This document shows positions 9,255 through 19,083 of a stretch of 64,000 nucleotides of DNA, piece by piece. This DNA comes from Dehalococcoidia bacterium. Lineage in GTDB: Bacteria; Chloroflexota; Dehalococcoidia; Lucifugimonadales; UBA3495. Where the stretch lies: contig OZ247430.1 in NCBI GenBank assembly GCA_965232895.1, positions 3,601,343 through 3,665,342 on the forward strand, given 5' to 3'. Position numbers and translations under genes: made by a program. Within the stretch, counting starts at the first letter, position 1. Each line of letters opens with the position of its first letter. The notes beneath the pieces are model-generated. The model was given only the letters and a program-made list of their open reading frames with translations. It searched no databases and had not been told where the DNA came from.

Positions 9255-9872
9255 TCAGTCCGGCTCTTCGTCCTCGTCGTCTTCAAACAAGTCATCGTCC
9301 TCGTCGTCGAGGTCGTCCTCGCCGAGCAGGTCTTCGTCCTCGTCGTCATCCGCGGCGAGCGCTTCTATAATCCTGCTCAGCTGCTCGTCTTCGTCGGCTC
9401 GGGACGCCGCCAGCATTCGGATGCCGTCGGGAGTTTCTTCGGGTTCGGGCTCCTCGACGGGGATTGCCGCAAATCCGTAGAACACGTCGTTGTCCAGCAC
9501 CCTCGCCAGTCCGCTCACGGTCAGCGTGATCGGGCGGATCGGCGACGACCATTTTTCGGTCAATTCGGCGTGCAACTCCGACAGCGGCATCGGCTCGCCT
9601 CCCTGCAGCAGCAGTGTGCGGAACAGGATCTCCTGCAGGGGCATCGAAGACTGTATGAACTCGGTGTCTCCGGCGCAATGCGTCCTGATCTCCTTCACCA
9701 GGTCGGACGCATCCGCGATTTCCGCCGGCGTCTTGCCGAAGGATGGGCACGCGGTGCTGAGACGGGCCAGAAGCAACGAAATCGGAGACCGGTTCAGTTC
9801 CTCCAGCCGTTCCAGGCTGAACCGGTACTCAGGTCCTGCCGATTTGCTATTTCCCGTCACGATGGTCGTCAT
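9255..9872 (-). CDS. Hypothetical protein with a possible HTH domain and a long Asp/Glu tail
   Basis: ATGA overlap with moeA; C-terminal DDDEDEDLLGEDDLDDEDDD. Confidence 0.75.
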   Translation of the reverse strand: MTTIVTGNSKSAGPEYRFSLERLEELNRSPISLLLARLSTACPSFGKTPAEIADASDLVKEIRTHCAGDTEFIQSSMPLQEILFRTLLLQGGEPMPLSELHAELTEKWSSPIRPITLTVSGLARVLDNDVFYGFAAIPVEEPEPEETPDGIRMLAASRADEDEQLSRIIEALAADDDEDEDLLGEDDLDDEDDDLFEDDEDEEPD

Positions 9873-11299
9873 GCGTTAACCTCTTCATTCCAGTCCAGCA
9901 TTATGATCTTTACGGCTTGCCCGGCGTTCTTCCGTTGCAGGTCGGCCGGGCAGATCGCCAGTCCGTTGGCTTTGGACAGCGATGTCAGGATGTTCGACCC
10001 CTGGGGACCCGTCGGGGTGGCGTACCAGGCGCCGTCCCGACGCTCAACCTCGACCCGGGCGTAAACCCGCCGCCCGTCGCTGTTGAAAATTGGCCCGGTC
10101 AGCACTCCTTCGACCGCCGGCCGCGCCAGCGGGCTCCGCCCTAACATTCGGCGCACGGCGGGTCGGCCGAACATTTCGAACGCCAGCAGCGCGCTCACCG
10201 GATTTCCCGGCAGGCCCAACAAGGGCAACGGCTCGCGTCCCTCGCGCTGGATCAGCCCGAAGGCCAGTGGCTTGGCCGGTCGCATCCGCACCGACCAGAA
10301 GTTCATGTCCCCCCGCTGTTCCAGAACGTCTTTGACCATGTCATAGTCGCCCTTGGATACGCCGGCCGACGTGACCAGCAGGTCGGCGTCCGACGCGGCA
10401 TCGATACAACGGTGCAGGTCATCCAGGTTGTCCCGAGCGATGCCGATCATCCTCGCCACGCCGCCGGCTGTCCGAACGGCTGCCGCCACGCTGCTGCTGT
10501 TGCTGTCGTAGATGTGACCCGGCGCAAGTTGGTCGCCCACCGTGGTCAGCTCGTCGCCGGTAGACAGCACCGCGACTACCGGTCGTCGGATCACCCTGGC
10601 TGTGGCCAAACCCAACGAGGCCAGCACGCCGGCTTCCGCCGGACGAATTACGGTGCCCGCAGGCAACACCAACTCCCCGGCTCGAACGTCTTCGCCGGCC
10701 GGCCGGACGTTGCTGCCCAAAGGAAGGGCCTTGCGGATTTCGATCTCATCCAGTGGTGTGCCGGCACGCCGGCGGTCAATCTCGTCAGTCTCCTCAAAGG
10801 GAACCACGGTGTCCGCGCCGTCGGGTACCGGGGCCCCGGTCATGATTCGGATCGCCTTGCCCCCGGTGACTGTCTGATCCGAAACCTGTCCAGCCGCGAC
10901 CGCTGAGATCACCGAAAGCGTCGGCGCTATTTCGTTCGCGGACGCGATGTCCTCGTACAACACGGCGTAGCCGTCCATGGCGGAGTTGGCCAGCGGCGGC
11001 AGGTTCAGCGGGGAGGTGACGTCCTCCGCCAGCGCCAGGCCCAGGCATTCCAGCACTGGCAGTTCCACCGCATCCAGGGGGCTGAAGTGGGAGATGATGC
11101 GGTCGAAGGCCTGCTCCACCTCCAGCATGTCCTCATGGCCGTGACCGTTGTCGTGACCCCGGTGGTGGCCGCCGTGCCCGTGATGCCCATGATCCCGGTG
11201 GCCTTGGTCGGAGCTACCATGATCATGGATGCTTTCGTGGTCCCCGTCGCCGTGGGCGTCGTGGACGTGCAGTTCTCGCGAGTTTGCGTGAGTAGTCAT
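9869..11299 (-). CDS. moeA: Molybdopterin molybdotransferase MoeA with His-rich N-terminal extension
   Basis: NSAMDGYAV, IRIMTGAPVP, STGDEL, AGVSKGDYD and GLPGNPVS motifs. Confidence 0.93.
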   Translation of the reverse strand: MTTHANSRELHVHDAHGDGDHESIHDHGSSDQGHRDHGHHGHGGHHRGHDNGHGHEDMLEVEQAFDRIISHFSPLDAVELPVLECLGLALAEDVTSPLNLPPLANSAMDGYAVLYEDIASANEIAPTLSVISAVAAGQVSDQTVTGGKAIRIMTGAPVPDGADTVVPFEETDEIDRRRAGTPLDEIEIRKALPLGSNVRPAGEDVRAGELVLPAGTVIRPAEAGVLASLGLATARVIRRPVVAVLSTGDELTTVGDQLAPGHIYDSNSSSVAAAVRTAGGVARMIGIARDNLDDLHRCIDAASDADLLVTSAGVSKGDYDMVKDVLEQRGDMNFWSVRMRPAKPLAFGLIQREGREPLPLLGLPGNPVSALLAFEMFGRPAVRRMLGRSPLARPAVEGVLTGPIFNSDGRRVYARVEVERRDGAWYATPTGPQGSNILTSLSKANGLAICPADLQRKNAGQAVKIIMLDWNEEVNA

Positions 11300-11527
11300 G
11301 GCAATGGCGTCCGTGGCGGTGTGAAGAACGGCAAACAACAAACAATCGTACCACACTCGCCCCAAGGCACCGATCCCTTCTTCGCGCGAATCCCCTTGAC
11401 GCCAGCGACCATCCCTGCGTTCGACCCGCCGTCCCGGCGCAATGAGGAAACCAGGTCCCCGGGCAGCGAACGGATCGGCAGCCGGTCAATGGTCAAGGCT
11501 GACCTACGTTGAATCGACTCCGGTGTG

Positions 11528-13948
11528 CTATTCCCGAACCGTTGCTCCGGCTTCCCGTTCCAGCGCCCTCGTCAGGCCGTTCACCGCCCGGTTCACGTCC
11601 TCGGCGGTCAGTGTCCTGTCCGCGGCTCGGAACCGGATGCGGAATGCCAGCGATCGCGTGCCCTCCGGCAAGTTCTCCCCGGTGTACACGTCAAACAGCT
11701 CGGCGCGCTCCACCAGCCGTACCCTTTCGATGAGGCCCCGCACCCTGGCTGCCGGCACGTCAGTCGGCACCACCAGCGCCAGGTCGCGGTTTGCCGCGGG
11801 GAAACGTGACAGCGACTCAAACCGACCGGCGTCCGGTCCCGCCTGCAGCAGGTCATCCAGCCGTACCTCGAAATAGACCACCGGATCCGTACCCAGGTCG
11901 AATGCTTCCCTGATGTCAGGATGCAATTCTCCGATCACACCCACGTCTGCGGCCGCCCCGGCGGCGGCCAGGATCCGTGCGCAGCGTCCCGGATGGAACA
12001 TTGTATCGTCTTGGGACTCTAACGTTGTGGCTATTCCCACTCTCCCCAGCGCCGTAGCCAGGGTTCCCGACAGGTCGAAAAAGTCCAGCGGCTCGCTGGA
12101 GCTCAGCCAGTTGGCGTCATGACGCGGTCCGGACATCACGCCGGCCGCAATCTCCTGTTCTATGGGCAGCCCCGCGGTCTGCGGGAGGAACGCCCTACCC
12201 AGTTCGAAGAGCCGGAACCCCCCGTCATTGTGGCCCCGGTTGTAGGCCAGGGTGTTCAGAATGCTTGTCGCCAGCGTCGGGCGCATGATGTCCTGCTCGG
12301 TGGACATCGGGTTCGTCACTCTGAGCGCCCGGGAAACTCCCGCCACTTCGCCATTTATGCTCAGGCGGTCCAGGTCCGCCGCGCTGACCAGGGGGTAGCT
12401 GATCGTCTCCTGCATCCCAGCCGCCGCCAGCGCGTCGCGCAAGCCGTCCTTCAGCGCCGTCATCTCGTTGGGCCGGTGGTACGGTATCGGCGAGGCCAGC
12501 ATGGTGGTGGGCACTTCGTCGTACCCGATGATGCGGATCACCTCCTCGATCAGGTCTTCTTCAATGGCGATATCGCTGCGCCAGTAGGGCGGGTCCGCCT
12601 CCAGGCTGTCGGGTCCCGTGCGTCGCGTGGTGATTCCCAGGCTCCCCAGCACCGTCTCGGCGCGGGCGATGTCCAGGTCCATGCCCAGCACCTGCCGCAA
12701 CCGCGACACCGTCAGAGGAACGGCGGGAACCTCGGTCTCGGCTCCCGGGAACACGTCGATTATGCCGGCCGCGGCCTGCCCTCCTGCCGTTTCCAGAATC
12801 AACTGCGTGGCGCGGCGCAGCGCGATGGGAGCCAGCTCCGGACGCAGCCCCTTCTCGAAGCGCAGGCTGGCCTCCGTCCGCAGGTTCAGGTCGGTGGACG
12901 TGCGCCGGTTGTTCAGCGGATGGAACGTCGCCGATTCCAGCAGCATGTTGGTGGTGTTGGCGGTGATCTCGCTGTTTGCCCCGCCCATGACGCCGCCGAT
13001 GCCAATAGCCTGCGCCGGGTCCGCGATCAGCAGGTTGTCGGCCGAGAGCTTTCGGCTGACACCGTCCAGGGTCGTGAACTCCTCGCCATCGGTCGCCCGC
13101 CGCACCACCACGTGGTGGTCCGTAACCGCGTCCAGGTCAAAGGCGTGCAACGGCTGGTTGAACTCCAGCATCACGTAGTTGGTCACGTCCACTACGTTGT
13201 TGATGGGTCGCAGTCCGGCGCGGTTCAGCCGTTCCTGCAGCCACTGTGGAGACGGTCCAATGCTGATCCCGGTGATCACGGAGGCCGTGTAGCGCGGGCA
13301 CAGTTCCGGGTCTTCGATGGTGACCTTCGCCAGCGTATCGACCGCAACATCGGTCTCGGCATATCCTATCTCCGGGACACGTACCGGCTGCCCGGTGATC
13401 GCCCCGATCTCCCGCGCCACGCCCAGGATGGACAGGCAATCGCCGCGGTTGGGCGTCAGCTCCAACTCGAGGAAGGTGTCGCCCAGCACTTCATCCAGCG
13501 GCGCGCCCACGACCGCGTCATCCGGGAGCACGATTATCCCCTCGTGTTCGTCGCTGATCTCCAGCTCCGCTTCCGAGCAGATCATCCCTTCGGAAACGAC
13601 GCCACGAATGGTCGCCGGCTTGAGTTCTTCCCGGCGCCCGCTGTGCATGTTCATCAGGGTGACGCCAGGGCGCGCGAAGCAAATCTTCTGTCCCGCGGCC
13701 ACGTTGGGGGCCCCGCAGACCACTTCCAACGCCGGCCCGTCTCCGGGATCAACCTCGCAAAGCGTCAGCGTGTCCGCGTTGGGATGTGGTCTGGTGGCGC
13801 GCACGTGCCCAACCACGCAACCGCCCCAACCACCGCGCGTGAACACGTCGCCCACCTCAATGCCGCCCATGGTCAGCCGGTGGGCCAACTCATCAGGGTC
13901 GAGCGTGATGTCAACGTATTGGGAAAGCCAGGAAAAAGGAATCAGCAT
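11528..13948 (-). CDS. pheT: Phenylalanine--tRNA ligase beta subunit
   Basis: HPNADTL, VCGAPN, TPNRGDCLS, NNVVDVTNY, QPLHAFD and C-terminal FDX-ACB domain. Confidence 0.97.
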   Translation of the reverse strand: MLIPFSWLSQYVDITLDPDELAHRLTMGGIEVGDVFTRGGWGGCVVGHVRATRPHPNADTLTLCEVDPGDGPALEVVCGAPNVAAGQKICFARPGVTLMNMHSGRREELKPATIRGVVSEGMICSEAELEISDEHEGIIVLPDDAVVGAPLDEVLGDTFLELELTPNRGDCLSILGVAREIGAITGQPVRVPEIGYAETDVAVDTLAKVTIEDPELCPRYTASVITGISIGPSPQWLQERLNRAGLRPINNVVDVTNYVMLEFNQPLHAFDLDAVTDHHVVVRRATDGEEFTTLDGVSRKLSADNLLIADPAQAIGIGGVMGGANSEITANTTNMLLESATFHPLNNRRTSTDLNLRTEASLRFEKGLRPELAPIALRRATQLILETAGGQAAAGIIDVFPGAETEVPAVPLTVSRLRQVLGMDLDIARAETVLGSLGITTRRTGPDSLEADPPYWRSDIAIEEDLIEEVIRIIGYDEVPTTMLASPIPYHRPNEMTALKDGLRDALAAAGMQETISYPLVSAADLDRLSINGEVAGVSRALRVTNPMSTEQDIMRPTLATSILNTLAYNRGHNDGGFRLFELGRAFLPQTAGLPIEQEIAAGVMSGPRHDANWLSSSEPLDFFDLSGTLATALGRVGIATTLESQDDTMFHPGRCARILAAAGAAADVGVIGELHPDIREAFDLGTDPVVYFEVRLDDLLQAGPDAGRFESLSRFPAANRDLALVVPTDVPAARVRGLIERVRLVERAELFDVYTGENLPEGTRSLAFRIRFRAADRTLTAEDVNRAVNGLTRALEREAGATVRE

Positions 13949-13949
13949 T

Positions 13950-14669
13950 TTAGGTTGCAGCCTTGAACATAGGATCTCGGAGCTCCTTGGGAAGCCACGA
14001 ATAATTGCATCCTGTTGGCGGAATTATTGTGTTGTGAGCCCAAACCTTGCCGCCGGGGACAACCGTGTTGTGCCAATCCGTCCACGCGCCGGGCTCCACC
14101 GGAGGGTTACGGTAGCCCTGTCCGGTCTCATCGATGAACACACCGACACCAATAGCGTCTGGATAAGCCGGTGTAGTCGTGCTTCTCAGCAAGTCTGTAT
14201 AACGCTGCACGACATGCCTTTGAAACTCACCCCGTTTAATTTCTGCGCAAATTAGCGGTCGGCCGGATTTATCCAGTATCGCCAAGTCCAGCGGGGACGC
14301 TCCGTTGTCGGTAGCGGCCGGCGTTTCCCTCGATACCTGCAAGTCAAGGTTGGTTGCATCAATCATCCACTCCAGGCGGCGATACATACCAACTTCGGGG
14401 CGTCTTACCAAGCTGCGCAGATAGTCATTGTATTGCCAACTCAGGCCGGCCAGCGCAGAACAGAAAAGACCGAATGCCAGTACCGGCTCCTTGGAACATC
14501 CGGCGCGTTCAGCTTCGGGCCAGAGGATTTCCAATCCGACGACTCGATGGTCAGGACTGGAATCGACTATGAAGCCGCTGGCGACCTCTTCGCTGGCCTC
14601 ATATGGCAGGTCCGCTAACTTGAGCCAAGCGCCCTCGTCATCCCATCGCACTCGCGGTGTGTTTTTCAT
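13950..14669 (-). CDS. DUF2283-like N-terminal domain fused to a PD-(D/E)XK-like domain
   Basis: N-terminal EEVASGFIVDSSPDHRVVGLEIL; C-terminal LDLAIL...ICAEIKRG; ATGA overlap with the upstream DUF4258 gene. Confidence 0.6.
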   Translation of the reverse strand: MKNTPRVRWDDEGAWLKLADLPYEASEEVASGFIVDSSPDHRVVGLEILWPEAERAGCSKEPVLAFGLFCSALAGLSWQYNDYLRSLVRRPEVGMYRRLEWMIDATNLDLQVSRETPAATDNGASPLDLAILDKSGRPLICAEIKRGEFQRHVVQRYTDLLRSTTTPAYPDAIGVGVFIDETGQGYRNPPVEPGAWTDWHNTVVPGGKVWAHNTIIPPTGCNYSWLPKELRDPMFKAAT

Positions 14670-14908
14670 GTTGGTAGACACCTGAATCTTTTGTCCGGAA
14701 GGACAGTTATGACGAACTGACGCTGCTCGATGCGTACCACCACTCTAAGTGCCCGACTGTGGCCGGGCAAGCAACGCAAATAGCGGATGCGGTCAGGCAA
14801 ATCGTCAGGTTCGATTCTGTCCGGGTCGGCTAAACACAGTGCGATTTGGGCTTCTGTGATACCACGCTCGTCCATACGCTCCCGCGCGTGCCGGCTGTAT
14901 TCAATCAT
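14666..14908 (-). CDS. DUF4258 family protein (RelE-like putative toxin)
   Basis: MIEYSRHARERMDERGITE...LRVVV...VITV, 80 aa. Confidence 0.8.
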   Translation of the reverse strand: MIEYSRHARERMDERGITEAQIALCLADPDRIEPDDLPDRIRYLRCLPGHSRALRVVVRIEQRQFVITVLPDKRFRCLPT

Positions 14909-14925
14909 ACTACCAACGCCGCGCG

Positions 14926-15975
14926 TCAGAACTGCCGCAAAAACCTCACGTCGTTCCGGTAGAAATGCCGGATGTCGTCGATCCCGTACTTCAGCATCCC
15001 GATGCGTTCCGGCCCCATGCCGAACGCGAACCCGGTGTAACGCTGCGGGTCGTACCCGACGCCCTCCAGCACTCTCGGGTGCACCATGCCCGCGCCCATG
15101 ATCTCGATCCAGTCTTCGTCCCGGTTGATCGGCCGCCGGCCGGTGTCCGGGCCCACAAAGTTCGAGATCGACATGTCCACGCCGGGCTCGACGAACGGGA
15201 AGTAGTCGCACCGGAACCGGATCTGCCGGTCCTCACCGAAGAGCCGCCGCGCGAACTCGTACAACGTTCCCTTGAGATCAGCAAAGGTGATCCCTTCGGC
15301 AACGGCCAGTCCCTCGACCTGGTAGAAGTGCCATTCGTGGGTGGCGTCGGTCGCCTCGTAGCGATAGCACTTGCCCGGTACCACGACCCGTACCGGCGGG
15401 TCCTGGGCTTCCATGACTCGGGCTTGCATCGGGGATGTGTGCGTGCGCAGCAGCATGGGTTGCTGACCGTCTTCGTTCACATAATCAACCCACAGCGAGT
15501 TCCACATGTCCCGCGCCGGGTGGCCTGCCGGGATGTTGAGCATCTCGAAGTTGTAGTGGTCCAACTCGACTTCCGGCCCCTCCACCACGCTGAACCCCAT
15601 GGCCATGAAGGCCGTGCAGATCTCGCGCACTATCTGGGTGGTCGGATGCAGCCGCCCGGTCACCACCGGTCTTCCCGGCAGCGTTACGTCCAGCGCGTCC
15701 TGCGATGCCAGAGCCGCTTGGGCTATCTCCCGGGTCCGACGTGCCAGCGCCTCTTCCAGGGCATTCTTGGCTTGGTTGGCCTGGGAGCCCACCTCGCGCC
15801 TTTGATCCGGTTCCAGTTGCGGCAGCGACCGCAGCAGTCCAGTGAGTTTCCCCCGTCGGCCCAGGTAGGCTACGCGCCACTCTTCAGCCCCGGCGGCCTC
15901 GCCGATGCTGTTCAGCTCGTCGAGCGCGTCGCGGGTCAGTTGGTTGATGGATTCTATGGAAAGCGCGTCTGGCAT
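14926..15975 (-). CDS. pheS: Phenylalanine--tRNA ligase alpha subunit
   Basis: HPARDM, LLRTHTSP, FYQVEGL, YFPFVEP and GFAFGMGPER motifs. Confidence 0.97.
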   Translation of the reverse strand: MPDALSIESINQLTRDALDELNSIGEAAGAEEWRVAYLGRRGKLTGLLRSLPQLEPDQRREVGSQANQAKNALEEALARRTREIAQAALASQDALDVTLPGRPVVTGRLHPTTQIVREICTAFMAMGFSVVEGPEVELDHYNFEMLNIPAGHPARDMWNSLWVDYVNEDGQQPMLLRTHTSPMQARVMEAQDPPVRVVVPGKCYRYEATDATHEWHFYQVEGLAVAEGITFADLKGTLYEFARRLFGEDRQIRFRCDYFPFVEPGVDMSISNFVGPDTGRRPINRDEDWIEIMGAGMVHPRVLEGVGYDPQRYTGFAFGMGPERIGMLKYGIDDIRHFYRNDVRFLRQF

Positions 15976-16019
15976 GAGAAGGGACACCTGCGCTGGGCAA
16001 ATACAAAGGGGCCGGCAAA

Positions 16020-16049
16020 ATTATAGGCAGCGCCGCCCGTGAGGGTCAA
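16020..16049 (-). promoter_or_regulatory. Sigma70 promoter of pheS
   Basis: TTGACC-18 nt-TATAAT on the minus strand. Confidence 0.6.
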
Positions 16050-16942
16050 GAAATCGCCAGACCCAAACGCTCGGCCAGCCAGGCGCCACGCACCTGCGCG
16101 TGAACGTGTCCGCCACCTTCCGCGCCGCCGTCGTAGACCCTGAACTCGCAATCCGGCAGCGCCCCCGCCAACTCCTCGGCGAACGCCAGTGGGCAAACAC
16201 TCCGGTCGAACCGTCCTGCGCTCATCAGGACGGGACATCTCACGGCCGGCGCGGTGGACACCGGGTCGATTACCGACAGGACTGACCCAACTGCGGACTC
16301 GCTGCCGGGATTGGCTCGCAGGTAATCGCCCAATTCCGCCATCGGATAGCCCAGACCCGGCTCCAATGCTGCCGTATGTCCCAAAGCCAGCGGGGTGTCC
16401 GCAGCCACGGCCGATACCGCCGGTCGGCGGGCCGCTGTCGCCAAGGCCAGGGTGGCTCCAAGTCCTGCACCCGTGAGCGCCACGGGCCCAGACACGTTCG
16501 CCACGTGCTGCGCGCCCAAAACGTCCACCGCCCGCAGCGCGTCCGCATAGGCTCCAAAGAGCGTGTACGTGTCGGCGCCGTCGATGCCATCCGTCAACAG
16601 CCCCGGATAGCTCGCGCGCACTTTGCCATCGCTGTTTCTCTGTCCCCGATGCGTCGCGTTCATCACCACGGCCCGCTCGCGTAGTGGAGTGTAGATGATG
16701 TCGTGAACGCTGGCGTAGTCCGGCATCCTGAGCAGCACCGGAGAAGGACCGGCCCCATGCGGGACCGACAGCCAGGCGAACAAACGGTGCCCGCCGGCGC
16801 TCGTGTAGCGCATCTGAAACACGTCCCACTCCGGTTGCGAGTAGAACGCATCCCGTTCAATTTCGATGTCGGGATCGGTTTCGGCCAGTTGTGCCTCGAT
16901 CCTTTCCCAGAAGGCGTCGGACAGCTGTCGTGCGGACGTCAT
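16046..16942 (-). CDS. Acetyl xylan esterase (CE7)-like paralog lacking the catalytic Ser
   Basis: Colinear with the upstream esterase; nucleophile elbow reads GAGLG; ATGA overlap. Confidence 0.75.
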   Translation of the reverse strand: MTSARQLSDAFWERIEAQLAETDPDIEIERDAFYSQPEWDVFQMRYTSAGGHRLFAWLSVPHGAGPSPVLLRMPDYASVHDIIYTPLRERAVVMNATHRGQRNSDGKVRASYPGLLTDGIDGADTYTLFGAYADALRAVDVLGAQHVANVSGPVALTGAGLGATLALATAARRPAVSAVAADTPLALGHTAALEPGLGYPMAELGDYLRANPGSESAVGSVLSVIDPVSTAPAVRCPVLMSAGRFDRSVCPLAFAEELAGALPDCEFRVYDGGAEGGGHVHAQVRGAWLAERLGLAIS

Positions 16943-17886
16943 GTTGTCGCCGCCTGCGTATCGCCCACGCCGATGCGCTCTTCCAGCCACGCACGCTCCC
17001 GCGCCGGATATTCGTGCGCGTTGCCGTGCCCCGACTCGGGAAACAACCACAACTCCCGCTCGCTGCCCAGTAGCCGGTACGCGGCGTAGCTGGTTTCCGG
17101 CGGGCAGACTTCGTCCTCCATGGCGATTCCCACCACCATGGGGCACTTGATGCGCGGCGCGAAGTTCACCGCGTCGAAATAGCGCAGTGTGCCCAGCATC
17201 TGCGCGGTCTTTTCGGGATACGCCCGCTGGTAGCAAGAAAGCTCGTTGTACGGATAGCTGCGTAGCATCCGCATGGATTCCGGGTAGCAGCACAGGAACG
17301 GATACCCTGCGACCCCCGCCTTGATCTCCGGCCTCAGCGCCGAGGTGATCAGCGTCAAACCGCCGCCCTGGCTGCTGCCGCAACAGTAGATCCGCTCGGC
17401 ATCGATCTCCGGCCGCGACAGCAGGAAATCTACCCCACGCATACAGTCGGAGATCACTCCCTTGTAACTGTACGTGTCCCGGTCCTCAACACCGCTGGTC
17501 AGCAGGCCAGGGTACCCGGGATTGAACTCTGTGCTGCTGGGCAGTTTGCCCCGCACCGCAACCGATAGCACCGCGACGCCCTTGACGCCCCAATCCCGTC
17601 GGAGCGCCGGCTCCGATTTGTACCCCGGCAGGTGGAGGATCGCCGGGAACGGTCCATTCCCCTCGGCCGGCAGCGCGTACCAGGCGAATATCTCCAGCCC
17701 ATCGAGGCTCCGATAGCTCGCCTGAAACACGTTCGCCGTGTCCGTGCTGCGCAGCGGGTCCAACTCGCATGTAGCGTCCAGCCGTATCCGGTCGAGGTCG
17801 GACCGCACTTCCTGCCAAAAACGATCGAAATCGTCCGGACACGTAACCTCGGTAACGAATGACTCCAGGTCCGCTTTTGTGGCCAT
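16939..17886 (-). CDS. Acetyl xylan esterase/cephalosporin-C deacetylase (CE7)
   Basis: PDDFDRFW, GSSQGG, YFDAVNFA, DEVCPP and GHG motifs. Confidence 0.88.
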   Translation of the reverse strand: MATKADLESFVTEVTCPDDFDRFWQEVRSDLDRIRLDATCELDPLRSTDTANVFQASYRSLDGLEIFAWYALPAEGNGPFPAILHLPGYKSEPALRRDWGVKGVAVLSVAVRGKLPSSTEFNPGYPGLLTSGVEDRDTYSYKGVISDCMRGVDFLLSRPEIDAERIYCCGSSQGGGLTLITSALRPEIKAGVAGYPFLCCYPESMRMLRSYPYNELSCYQRAYPEKTAQMLGTLRYFDAVNFAPRIKCPMVVGIAMEDEVCPPETSYAAYRLLGSERELWLFPESGHGNAHEYPARERAWLEERIGVGDTQAATT

Positions 17887-18117
17887 GTTCAGGCTCCTTG
17901 CATCGCGTGCGACGGCCCCATTATAGCCTCACGCTAATCCCGACGAATACGACCGCTACCCGCGCAAACCGCCCGCTGCTCGCCTGATATCCTGAAATGT
18001 GAGGCCCGCACAAACAGGCAGCCAGGCGATCATATTCCCCGTCAATAGCATCATCCCCGTGAATCCTGTGCATCCATGCGATACTGTGCTTCCGCAGCCG
18101 TCGCGCAAAGTGCCCGG

Positions 18118-18126
18118 TGTTATAAT
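18118..18126 (+). promoter_or_regulatory. Extended -10 promoter
   Basis: TGT-TATAAT about 50 nt upstream of ATG 18178. Confidence 0.5.
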
Positions 18127-18177
18127 TCGGCCACTTGCCGCCGCACGAACATCGGCGCGTTTCAGGAGCGAACATCT

Positions 18178-19083
18178 ATGAAAGCTGGGTTTATCGGGGT
18201 TGGCAACATGGGCAACCCCATGGCCGCCAACATGATCAAGGCTGGGCATCAGCTCACCGTCCACGACCTGCGCCGCGAGTCCGCCATCAATCTGCTCGAA
18301 ATGGGCGCCGAGTGGTCTGACACCCCGGCCGGTTGCGTCAGCGGCAACGACGCCGTGTTCACCTCCCTGCCCGTGCCGCGGGACGTTGAAGCCGTTGTGA
18401 TGGGCGAGAACGGCATCATGTCCGCCGCCGGCTCCGGCGACGTGTACGTCGATTTGTCCACCAACTCCCCGACGGTCATCCGCCGCATACACGACGAGTG
18501 CGCCGCCCATGGCGTGACCGTGCTGGACGCCCCGGTGAGTGGCGGCGTGTACGGCGCGGCCGCCGGCACCCTGGCCGTCATGGTTGGCGGCGACGAAGAG
18601 ACCTACAACACCGTCAAGCCCATGCTGGACGCCATCGGCGCCCATGTCGTCTATTGCGGCGAAATCGGCAACGGCATGGTGACCAAGATCTGCAACAACC
18701 TCCTCTCCATGGGCATCGGCGTGCTGATGTCAGAGGCCCTCACCCTCGGCGTCAAAGCCGGCGTTTCCCTGGAGACCCTCGCCGATGTCATCGCCAATAG
18801 CAGCGGCGGCAACCGGCGCCTCGTCGAAAAGTTCCCGCGCTACCTCTTCGCCGACAACTTCGAGCCCGGCTTTGCCACCGCCCTGGCCGCCAAGGACGTC
18901 CGTCTCGCCACCGATCTCGGGCGCGAGTACGGAATCCCCATGGAACTTTCCAACCTGGTCGACCAACGCCACGTCGAAGCCCTCTTTCGCGGCTGGGGCC
19001 CCGAGGACTCCGACGCCGTTGCCAAGATCCAGGAGGAAAAATCCGGCGTCCAACTCCGCTTCGGCAACATGGGCGACGACTGA
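18178..19083 (+). CDS. NAD(P)-dependent beta-hydroxyacid dehydrogenase (3-hydroxyisobutyrate dehydrogenase family)
   Basis: GFIGVGNMG, LDAPVSGG and KICNN motifs. Confidence 0.9.
   Translation: MKAGFIGVGNMGNPMAANMIKAGHQLTVHDLRRESAINLLEMGAEWSDTPAGCVSGNDAVFTSLPVPRDVEAVVMGENGIMSAAGSGDVYVDLSTNSPTVIRRIHDECAAHGVTVLDAPVSGGVYGAAAGTLAVMVGGDEETYNTVKPMLDAIGAHVVYCGEIGNGMVTKICNNLLSMGIGVLMSEALTLGVKAGVSLETLADVIANSSGGNRRLVEKFPRYLFADNFEPGFATALAAKDVRLATDLGREYGIPMELSNLVDQRHVEALFRGWGPEDSDAVAKIQEEKSGVQLRFGNMGDD

Noticed and set aside
11300-11527. Moco riboswitch upstream of moeA
   Set aside because: No recognisable motif; a -10-like TACGAT lies close to the gene.
15976-16045. T-box leader upstream of pheS
   Set aside because: The predicted promoter leaves too short a leader and no T-box consensus is seen.
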